From positions 14,759-78,758 of the forward strand of contig JBNKCR010000065.1 in the NCBI GenBank assembly GCA_050287845.1: a stretch of DNA of 64,000 bases, in the 5' to 3' direction. The notes beneath the pieces are model-generated. The model worked only from the letters and a program-made list of their open reading frames with translations, was not told the DNA's origin and ran no database searches. Of this stretch, positions 56,537 through 64,000 are shown in pieces. Source of the DNA: Polyangia bacterium (GTDB lineage Bacteria; Myxococcota_A; Polyangia; JAAYKL01). A program made the translations under genes and the position numbers. The stretch's first letter is position 1. Each line of letters opens with the position of its first letter.

Positions 56537-56824
56537 AGCCCCAACGGGGCGGTGACATAACAGCCCAGTGCAACGCGCTGGGGTTGGCCGCAGACCACCC
56601 AAAACCCAAGCCCTGAAAGGGCGACCCCATATTAGCCCGCCGCAACGCGCTGGGGTTCACGCACACCACACGATTCCCGAGCCCTGAAAGGGCGGCCCAT
56701 AATATGTTTCGACGTTGTTTTTGTGGCGCGGGGATGGAACGCCCTTTCAGGGCTGTGATTGTTTTTTTGCCGTTTATCCCCAGCGCGTTGCGCTGGGCTA
56801 ATATGCAGGCGCCCTTTCAGGGCT
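56537..56824. repeat. Cluster of REP-like palindromes forming a large inverted repeat (REPIN/MITE-like)
   Basis: AGCCCTGAAAGGGCG at 56609 and 56680, inverted at 56740 and 56810, variant at 56537. AGCCCAG.GCAACGCGCTGGG at 56562 and 56634, inverted at 56779. Confidence 0.85.
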
Positions 56825-56885
56825 TCAAAACAGTTTCCCCTCACGACGCCACCGCCGATTTCTTCCCCGACGCTGCGCTCACGAC

Positions 56886-57785
56886 CTATCTTTCATTGTT
56901 CTGCCACTCTCCTCTTTGCTTTACTGAATTTGGTTCTTCGGGAACCGCATCTAAATCGAGATCGTCGCCATAAACTAAAGGTGTCTCTCCAAGATCTCTA
57001 ACTACAAAATTGTTTGGATCGAGAATGGGCCATGTATTAGAGCTTCCAACAAAAGTTGCGTTCTTTTTCTCAAACGTATGTTGGAAGAAAAATCCAATCA
57101 CTTGCAATGCGGATACACATATTTCGAAAATTTCTTCCTTGAACAATTGCGCTAACTGTTCTGTATCACGGCTTGACTTTTGATGAACGATATCGTTACG
57201 AAGTTTCACCAGAAGGAGGAAATTCCCCCACCATTTTTCATTTGATATCTTTGGCGTCTGATAAATATCGACAAGTATTGTTGATATTTTTGTTTTCCAA
57301 TCTACATAACGTTCTATTTTTGATTTGTCATACTGCTCTACACATCTCTTGGTTTTCTTTTCATAAACATAATTGGCTGGAATGCTAAGGTTAACGAATG
57401 ATTCAATCGCGGTAAACGCAAACACAACAGCCGTCTGAATGGCTTCAAAAAATTCACATACACGTTTTGAATTATTGAGCAACTTTTCAGTGTCGACTTT
57501 CTTTTCGGCAAGCAAGTCTCTTTCTGAAGAATCCCTCAGGATCTGTTTTCGAGTTTTTTTGGCAGCGTTCACATTTCTACCCGCAATAGAAAGAAAGATT
57601 GATACTTGATTTGGCGTGTAATAGAGCAGTCTCGAATCCTCGTAATCAACAACATCGAATTCCTGCATCAGAAGATTAACGCCACTGTCTTCATGAGTCA
57701 CCAAAAATGGAGGATTAAAGCGTATATCCAATGGTTTCACTTCGGATTCTGGATTATGGTCGATAACGATCGTTTTTTTCCACAT
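56886..57785 (-). CDS. Hypothetical protein with a HEPN-like Rx4H motif
   Basis: AVVFAFTAIESFVN helix followed by LRNDIVH. Visibly AT-richer than flanking genes. Confidence 0.65.
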   Translation of the reverse strand: MWKKTIVIDHNPESEVKPLDIRFNPPFLVTHEDSGVNLLMQEFDVVDYEDSRLLYYTPNQVSIFLSIAGRNVNAAKKTRKQILRDSSERDLLAEKKVDTEKLLNNSKRVCEFFEAIQTAVVFAFTAIESFVNLSIPANYVYEKKTKRCVEQYDKSKIERYVDWKTKISTILVDIYQTPKISNEKWWGNFLLLVKLRNDIVHQKSSRDTEQLAQLFKEEIFEICVSALQVIGFFFQHTFEKKNATFVGSSNTWPILDPNNFVVRDLGETPLVYGDDLDLDAVPEEPNSVKQRGEWQNNER

Positions 57786-58080
57786 GGAATCTAGTCTCCC
57801 ACTTTTTTGAGCATAACTGACTAATAGGTTTCAGTCCTTCTCTTGGCCATGCTATTCATTTTCGATGATTATCACCTCCCCACAAGAAGGGCTTTAACCG
57901 ACAGCTAAACTTGGCCGTAACCGATATGTCCCAAATATACTATGCAAATTTCAGTGGGGCCAAGAATGTTCACCAGTGTCTCCTCTTCACTTTTGTCAAG
58001 CGGGGCCAAGGCCTTTCCGTATACTCGATGGGTTCGTTGGGCCTCTGTTCCCCATCTGCTTGTCCCATAAGGTGTTTCGG

Positions 58081-58174
58081 GTCGCGGTAGGAATACCCCG
58101 AAGGGCACCCCCCGGCACAGATCCCGGCGAGCGCTACTAACGCACCGGGCTCCTGCCTCGGGCCAGACGCACAA
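58081..58174 (-). mobile_element. Group II intron 3' fragment (domains V and VI only)
   Basis: Minus strand: GAGCCCGGTGCG-TTAGTAG-CGCTCGCCGGGATC (DV, AGC triad), then TGTGCCGGGGGGTGCCCTTCGGGGTATTCCTACCGCGAC (DVI with bulged A and terminal AC). Flanked by a 9-bp direct repeat. Confidence 0.85.
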
Positions 58175-58262
58175 GTGTTTCGGTTCTCGACTTCTTGATA
58201 AACCGCGGTTTTCGTGGGGGAATCAATTCAGATGTCATGGTTGGAAATGAATATGGTGGAAG

Positions 58263-59909
58263 TTACTGGAATTCCAGTGCGCCCATGTCGCCCCATGGGG
58301 GGCCGATGCCCGTGTTTTCGTGGGCGGGGCTGTCTTTGGGAGCAACGCCCAGGTGGTCAGTCGGGGGAATGGTTGCGCTGTCCGCAGCATCGATGCAGGG
58401 AGACCCCTCGCTTAACCCCGGATCATATACGGCGACAATGTAGTTGCGCCGAAACATCCACGTCTGATCGCCCCACAGAATAATTTCCGTAGGCGTGTTG
58501 GCGGCAACATAGGACCATCTCTGCGGCATATACGTTTCTTCATCAGACTCGTCCGTCGTTTCAGCCCGTAACATTCTGGCAATAAACAGTCCCTTAAACC
58601 GGTTTGTCTCAAAGGGTTCTTCAGGTGTTGCGGTAAGCACGGTCTGAATCGTTTCAGGATTGTAGCTGACCGAGGCCAGCGTTATCTCGCCAGAAATATT
58701 GCCTTTAAACATTGGATCCGCCACGGGGGCAATGTTACCGGTACCCCCGTTCCACTCCAGCGCATCACTGTACTGGACATCGACCGTTCCGCTTCTTGCA
58801 ATGGATGATGCGGATTCGGGACCCCAGATAATACTGTTTCGAACATTGAGAGTCCCATTGGTTGATAATGCCACATTGTTGCTTCCGTCGCCTTCATCCA
58901 TCAGGGTAAACGTGCTTCTCTCCACCGACATCACTCCCTCGCCGGTATGAAAAAACCCTGCGGCCCAGGAGGTCTCCAGTTCCCAGCCAATTGAGTTTTC
59001 AATGATCACATCTTTCACATCCATCAATAGCATTTCCCCGCTGAGGGTCGTTACGCCCGACAATTTCCAGCTTTCCCCGTGCAGCTTATTCATCCACCCT
59101 TCATGCAGGTAGTTGTTTGCAAACACCACCTGGCGCAATGTGATGGAACTGCTGTCGGCGCTCATTCCCTGATGGCCAGTATTGCTGGTCAGAATGCAGT
59201 TTTCCAGCACAGCGGAACTGTTGTCTCCGTGGACCACGCCGGCAGAGCTATACTCCATCCCGGAGAGCCCGTTCTGGGCAAATACACAGTTTCGAATGAG
59301 TGGGGAGGCATCGACCATGAGCAGTGCAGTTCCCTTGAGCCAATATCCTGACTGGGCGTTTTTCAGGGAGCGACCACCGGTGACGACGAATCCGTCAAGG
59401 GTGGAGTAATCAGCGGCACGCAGCACATGGTTAACCTGATTGGGGCTTTCGAGAAACTGGTGTCCATCGAGTACAGTGATGTTTTTTTCGAAGTCTCGCT
59501 GAGTAACATCCGTCTCGGTGCCGGCAAACCCCCCATAGATGTCTACCCACGGCTGCATCGTGATACTGTTTTCCGCATTGTCTTCATACACATAATAATG
59601 GCCGGCCTGCACCCAGACCTGCGTTGCGCAACAGGTTTGTGCGTCCCGGGCCGCCAGCGCCACAGCTTCGCCCACCGAGGTGAGCGCGCTTTGCCACGAC
59701 GACCCATCTTTGCCAGGTTCGGCTGCGCTGTTGACGAAAACCACCGACGGGGACGCACATTCAACGAGAGAGCAATCCGGGGCCGTTGAATCGCTCGCGT
59801 CCGAGTCTCCGTCTTCAGGCGGGTCGCATCCAACGAAGCCCCCGAAACTGACCAGCATCACAACCAGCAATAACGAATGTCGAGTTACTGTTTTCTGATT
59901 CATTATCAT
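58263..59909 (-). CDS. Lipoprotein with a right-handed parallel beta-helix (pectin-lyase-like fold)
   Basis: Lipobox FVG-C; VFVN..A...DGSSW..A; VWVQAG.Y; IYGGFAGTE; LDGFVVTGG; RNSIIW; SPCIDA; DMGALE. Confidence 0.8.
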   Translation of the reverse strand: MIMNQKTVTRHSLLLVVMLVSFGGFVGCDPPEDGDSDASDSTAPDCSLVECASPSVVFVNSAAEPGKDGSSWQSALTSVGEAVALAARDAQTCCATQVWVQAGHYYVYEDNAENSITMQPWVDIYGGFAGTETDVTQRDFEKNITVLDGHQFLESPNQVNHVLRAADYSTLDGFVVTGGRSLKNAQSGYWLKGTALLMVDASPLIRNCVFAQNGLSGMEYSSAGVVHGDNSSAVLENCILTSNTGHQGMSADSSSITLRQVVFANNYLHEGWMNKLHGESWKLSGVTTLSGEMLLMDVKDVIIENSIGWELETSWAAGFFHTGEGVMSVERSTFTLMDEGDGSNNVALSTNGTLNVRNSIIWGPESASSIARSGTVDVQYSDALEWNGGTGNIAPVADPMFKGNISGEITLASVSYNPETIQTVLTATPEEPFETNRFKGLFIARMLRAETTDESDEETYMPQRWSYVAANTPTEIILWGDQTWMFRRNYIVAVYDPGLSEGSPCIDAADSATIPPTDHLGVAPKDSPAHENTGIGPPWGDMGALEFQ

Positions 59910-60364
59910 CCCTTCCCTGCGAACAGAATGGCGTTCCTATCTTATGCCAGCATAAGTCATACCACACCGTTAAACAATACAACACCTTGGAAACGTTGAC
60001 AAATTCAGCAGGAAACCCTGTGCCGGACTGTGCCACTTTTTATTCAGGGAAACGTCACATCGGATCTGTTTGGATCTTGATTTGGACGTTGGTCAGACAG
60101 CCATGCCTATGTACTGTTCTGTTTGTGTCAGCGCTAAAAGTGTTTCTACAATAATGCGTATTTCGGCGTGTTTCGGGGGCAGCAAAATGAAGAAGCGGCG
60201 TCCAGACCTGGTAAGATGATTTGGATGAAAAACCTTAACCAGGAGGAGCCGCTTCTTCATTTTGCTGTCCCATGAGATTCGTAAGAGATTTTTTGACAAA
60301 CCGAAAAATTCGAGGACGAACTGTTCGTGGGAAGATTGTCGGCGTTCAGAGACAGGTGTCGAAA

Positions 60365-60862
60365 TCAGCGGATTAACATGCTGCAGTTGTCCCCTTTTTT
60401 GCGAAGCTGCCGACGGTCAATGCTCACAAGTTTGACCTTTTCCTCCGGTGACAGAAATGCATTGATAAACTCCTCTATCATCCCGGGATACGGACAGAGC
60501 GCCCCTTTCAGCTCGGCCTCGCCAACACCCTTGGGACAAAACTTGCACCCCGCGGTGAGAATACCAACGTCAAAACCGGTATCCGCCTCCACCACTTCAA
60601 CCTTCGTCCCGAGCTCCAGAAGCTTATCCAGCAATGTAACCAGCCGATGGACTTTTTCCGACCGGGAGAGCCCGGCAGCCAGGCTGTCAAGCGACTCTCT
60701 GGCCTTTGCATAATCAGATAAATACCTGCCGGCGCGACGTGACGCGACATTGACAGATGCCTGGTTCAACATTCCCATCTCGTTGAGCCCAGCCAGCAGA
60801 GACGCCACCATAACATGGTGAGGGCGGAGCGCGCGTTTTTCAATTTTATCACTGAGCGCCAT
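60365..60862 (-). CDS. Small Cys-containing protein, V4R-like ligand/metal-binding fold (putative)
   Basis: N-terminal helices with AGR.L, then GCKFCP, LCPYPG and a terminal DNC. Starts 2 nt after the upstream stop. Confidence 0.6.
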   Translation of the reverse strand: MALSDKIEKRALRPHHVMVASLLAGLNEMGMLNQASVNVASRRAGRYLSDYAKARESLDSLAAGLSRSEKVHRLVTLLDKLLELGTKVEVVEADTGFDVGILTAGCKFCPKGVGEAELKGALCPYPGMIEEFINAFLSPEEKVKLVSIDRRQLRKKGDNCSMLIR

Positions 60863-60864
60863 CG

Positions 60865-61665
60865 TCAGTCAGCCCCCTTCATTGTATTTGCGATGCGGTC
60901 GCCGACCCGATTGAGTTCGGAAAATATAAGTCCAAGCGAGGCATCTTTCCGGGCAACGGTAACCAGGTTCATTTCCTCCCCGGCGCGAGACACAAAGATA
61001 TGCCTTTCTGCACCGTGAATCATAATACGATCCACCTGGCCAGTGTTCAGCTCGTTTGCCATCCGGGTCGTCATGGTTAAGACGGAAGTAGCGATACCGC
61101 CAATCATTTCAACATCTTGCGTATTACCGACATAACCACCGTAGCTCGCAGCGATGAACCCTTCCAGATCCACAAGCATCGCACCGTCAATTCCCCCAAG
61201 GCGTTCAACCATGCGCTGCAGGATGGATTGTATATCTTCCTCAATGGTCGACATTTTTGTCTCCTCCGATACTGTTTCTTCTGTTATCTCTTTTTTAATT
61301 GGAACCTCATCTGCGATTTCCAACAGCATCTGCTCAACGGACAGGCAGTCGTGGACAACGTCAAGGCCGACCGCGTCCCCCTGCTTTACCAGGATCTCCT
61401 GGATATCCCAGTGAAGGATTGAAAGGAGGGCTCGATGCCCTTTTTCGCTACCTGCACTCACATTGTACACGAGCCCATTGGTCAGCTTCACCTCTCCCTG
61501 CCGCTCGCCACGTCCCAGCACGACCAGATTGAGATTGGATTGTTTAATTGCTTCGGTTTGCAGGAGATCGATTAACGTGTGCGTTCCCTCCCGATGCGTT
61601 GCACCGGAATCAATAAGGATGCGCTTCATGCGCAACGCAGTATCTGTAGACAATGAACGTGTCAA
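60865..61665 (-). CDS. DUF4388 (PatA-N-like) - Roadblock/LC7 (MglB-like) fusion protein
   Basis: N-terminus LIDLLQ...GEVKLTNG.V...G..AL..IL.W...MLLE. C-terminus GIDGAMLVDLEGF..., ELNTG.V..I.I.G, LVTVARKDASLGLI. Confidence 0.85.
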   Translation of the reverse strand: MTRSLSTDTALRMKRILIDSGATHREGTHTLIDLLQTEAIKQSNLNLVVLGRGERQGEVKLTNGLVYNVSAGSEKGHRALLSILHWDIQEILVKQGDAVGLDVVHDCLSVEQMLLEIADEVPIKKEITEETVSEETKMSTIEEDIQSILQRMVERLGGIDGAMLVDLEGFIAASYGGYVGNTQDVEMIGGIATSVLTMTTRMANELNTGQVDRIMIHGAERHIFVSRAGEEMNLVTVARKDASLGLIFSELNRVGDRIANTMKGAD

Positions 61666-62366
61666 CGCATCACCTCAATTTGTTCTTCCTGTTCTCGCGC
61701 CGGTTTAACAGACTCTCCCGGTGACGCCCCGGGTGCGTCCACCGGTACGTCCCCGGGTACGTCCAAAGACGCGTCCATACCGCGCTCAAAACGAGTGACC
61801 TCCGCTGTAATAGTACGACACACCGTTGTTACTGAATCCTGCTGAATGGCCCCCTTCGCCGAAAAACCAATCAGCACGGACATATCATCAATCCTCAGCG
61901 GAAAGAGAACAACACGTCCCAGGGACTCGAACATCAGTGATACGCCGGAAATGCCCATGCCACCGGACAGGTACACATCAAACAGTCGCGAGGCCGAGGC
62001 AAACGCTTCTGAAAAGATCTCCGGCGGAAATGGGGCAAGATTTCCGACGGCCGCAATTCGAAATCCGCATCTTTCCAGAGCAAATGCGCCGTCTGCACCC
62101 ACCACATCCCTGGCCCACGAAAGAAGAATCTGCCAGAGCGCCATCGCATTGGTGGCATCGGCAGTAAACGGTTCACGAATCGCAGCTCCAAATACGCTAT
62201 TCACCGCATCATCAACAATTTTCGACCGCAGGCCAGTTCGAGTTTTATTTATCGCCGGTGCGTTCATCCCCAAATCGCCAGACGGTCTCGCAGGGGATGA
62301 CAATTTACGACTCAGCTGAACAGCCTCATTTAAATTAAAGAAGCGTTTGGATGGGCTCGTTCTCAT
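61662..62366 (-). CDS. Divergent Roadblock/LC7-like domain protein
   Basis: Roadblock-like core GADGAFALERCGFRIAAVG. Overlaps both neighbouring genes. GGGGGAAG RBS. Confidence 0.6.
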   Translation of the reverse strand: MRTSPSKRFFNLNEAVQLSRKLSSPARPSGDLGMNAPAINKTRTGLRSKIVDDAVNSVFGAAIREPFTADATNAMALWQILLSWARDVVGADGAFALERCGFRIAAVGNLAPFPPEIFSEAFASASRLFDVYLSGGMGISGVSLMFESLGRVVLFPLRIDDMSVLIGFSAKGAIQQDSVTTVCRTITAEVTRFERGMDASLDVPGDVPVDAPGASPGESVKPAREQEEQIEVMR

Positions 62367-63156
62367 CATCTTCCCCCGCTTTCGGCGCAATTCTGGTTAT
62401 CACTTCCTCAGCCATATTCCTGAAGCGACGTCCTTCAGGAGACTGCCCCTTTGCCATAAACCCGACAGGAACCCCTCTCAAACTCGCGTCGAGATACACT
62501 TTCAACCGGGGCACCACCGTTTCCAAAACCATCGAGGCATCAAATGACTCCCATGTGGACTGCAGCACGGAAAATGACGCATCGCTCTTTCTGTCGAACA
62601 TCATGAGCACCAGTCCGAGCAAAGTAAGATTGGAATTGGCAACTTCCTGAATACTTTCAATTCCTTTGAGAAAATGACCAATCGTCCGCAGACACAAAGG
62701 TTCCGCCTGTACCGGAATCATCAGATGCTGCACGGATCTCAGAACGGCCTGGGTCATCATGCCAAAACCGGAAGGGCAGTCAAAAACTGTCAATTCAAAT
62801 CCCGCTTCCCGGCAATCCGTCACCAGATTGTCCATGCGGTTACCGCGCAGAAGGTTGGCCTCCACGTCCAGCCTCTCAAGCGGATCATTTTCTCCAAACG
62901 GAAGCAACGACAGACCAGCGACTTTCGTTTGAACGAGGGCGTCTCCAATCGGGTGCACTTCATCAAAGTAACTCATTAACCCAGGGGCAAAATCCTCCGA
63001 TTTTAAAAGGGAGGCACCAAGGCTGCCCTGCGGATCCGCTTCTATCAACAATGTTTTATGACCAAGTTCGGCAAACGCCAGGGCCAGATTAAGTGACAAA
63101 GTGGTCTTGCCGACACCACCTTTTTGACTACAAACCGCTATTTCAGTTGGATTCAT
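62335..63156 (-). CDS. ParA/MinD family ATPase
   Basis: Deviant Walker A KGGVGKTT; ADPQG; FDCP; IPVQAEP; ASLRGVPV. Confidence 0.92.
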   Translation of the reverse strand: MNPTEIAVCSQKGGVGKTTLSLNLALAFAELGHKTLLIEADPQGSLGASLLKSEDFAPGLMSYFDEVHPIGDALVQTKVAGLSLLPFGENDPLERLDVEANLLRGNRMDNLVTDCREAGFELTVFDCPSGFGMMTQAVLRSVQHLMIPVQAEPLCLRTIGHFLKGIESIQEVANSNLTLLGLVLMMFDRKSDASFSVLQSTWESFDASMVLETVVPRLKVYLDASLRGVPVGFMAKGQSPEGRRFRNMAEEVITRIAPKAGEDDENEPIQTLL

Positions 63157-63289
63157 ACTACCTCAACAATTTAACAACATTCGATATACCGACATACCTG
63201 CCAGCGATTCATCAACAAAATCGTTTAATTTCAATCGCATTTATTCCCATGATAAGTCAACATCAAAGGCGTGTTCACGGCATAAATAT

Positions 63290-63656
63290 CTATTTTAATA
63301 CATTTCGGAACTTATTTGGAACCGATTCGACATGCGTTCCACTACAAGGGGAGTGGCCTGACCAGTCTTGTTACCCATCATGTACGCTATCTGTCTGGCC
63401 ATGACAGATGTGTACAAACCTTGCCCTCCACAACAATCTCAGGAACGCTGACATCATTGCGAGCCAATTCTTCCGCGTTTATTTCATTCTCTATCTCATG
63501 GGCCATCCGGCGTACAGAAGCTTCACATTCTTCAGAATTCATGGCGGCTTTTGCTGTGGAAGAGTCCCGCCGGGCTTCCAGAAACTGCTCCAATTCTGCA
63601 AAACTTGCGAGATTTAATGTCAACGATGAGGGATTGTCTTTCATGGATGTTGTCAT
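63290..63656 (-). pseudogene. Degraded transposase remnant (ISKra4-like, tentative)
   Basis: RRMAHEIENEINAEELARNDVSVPEIVVEG, then in a shifted frame GLYTSVMARQIAYMM. Both resemble, from recall, non-adjacent N-terminal segments of ISKra4-type transposases. Confidence 0.4.
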
Positions 63657-63851
63657 GGGTGTTGTCTCTGGTTGTATGTTTTTGCTTCAACAACAACAAC
63701 TTACACCGGGAGACACCTTTTTTCATATACTGTTTTCCCGTCAGACTGAAATCTGCACCCTCTTAACTTGAGTTTTGAGCTATGGAGTGGCGCTACAACT
63801 TTTAAAATTAAAAAAAAAAGGTGTTGATTCAATTCAAAGGAGGACATCAGC

Positions 63852-64000
63852 ATGAGTATACTGTTTCGTTTCCCTATAAAATTAACGCGATTGCTGCCGC
63901 TTACTGTACTGTTTGTCAGTCAGTTGGCCGTAGCAGCACCCACGTCATCCCAGCCGTACACGTTCAAACAGCCGGACGGCACGGAAGTTGAGGTGAAACT
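63852..64000 (+). CDS. 5' end of a secreted protein, probably M6-family metalloprotease (partial)
   Basis: AGGAGG RBS; signal peptide ending AVA-AP; TFKQPDGTEVEVK propeptide-like motif. Runs off the right edge. Confidence 0.6.
   Translation, partial: MSILFRFPIKLTRLLPLTVLFVSQLAVAAPTSSQPYTFKQPDGTEVEVK

Noticed and set aside
56537..56824. Possible CRISPR array
   Set aside because: The repeats are short, of two kinds, in both orientations and irregularly spaced. No cas genes are present.
56880..57830. Integron cassette interpretation of the HEPN-motif gene (GTTATGC upstream; GCAGAAC-N8-ATAGG near the stop)
   Set aside because: Only half-sites are visible. I could not build a complete attC hairpin and there is no integrase in the window. 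An IntegronFinder run would settle it.
57905..58174. 89-aa ORF MCVWPEAGA...
   Set aside because: It reads through the intron DV/DVI RNA structure and has no RBS or protein motif.
59941..59956. Inverted repeat CTTATGC-CA-GCATAAG upstream of the beta-helix gene
   Set aside because: Could be an operator, but it is a single 7-bp-arm instance with no regulator nearby, so support is insufficient.

Overview
Chromosomal window from a Myxococcota-like deltaproteobacterium (inferred from FrzS/AglZ-like, AgmX-like and fimU-pilVWX-pilY1 genes and Asp/Thr-repeat lipoproteins). Left to right: (1) a partial Cys-rich/EGF-like repeat lipoprotein; (2) a Maf/DUF115 glycosyltransferase with a small partner gene; (3) a rearranged ~15 kb aryl-polyene-type (type II PKS/FAS-like) cluster with an aromatic amino acid ammonia-lyase but no thioesterase or methyltransferase; (4) envelope, motility and signalling genes: LpxL-like, exbB/exbD, FrzS/AglZ-like pseudo-receiver, queD, PEGA, AgmX-like, DsbD-TlpA fusion, degenerate GGDEF, PP2C, ndk; (5) a type IV minor pilin/PilY1 operon with a candidate sigma54 promoter; (6) HDOD-CheR-HDOD; (7) alpha-2-macroglobulin/PBP1C; (8) an accessory zone at ~54-60 kb containing a DT-repeat GH5 lipoprotein, a truncated DISARM drmA-like gene, REP-like palindromes, a HEPN-motif gene, a ~94-bp group II intron 3' fragment flanked by a 9-bp direct repeat, and a beta-helix lipoprotein; (9) a coupled ParA - Roadblock-like - DUF4388/Roadblock - V4R-like operon with no MglA GTPase, which is the best candidate for an undescribed system; (10) an IS remnant and the start of an M6-like protease. 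No rRNA, tRNA or CRISPR array was seen. All family calls come from motif recognition by eye, not from database searches.
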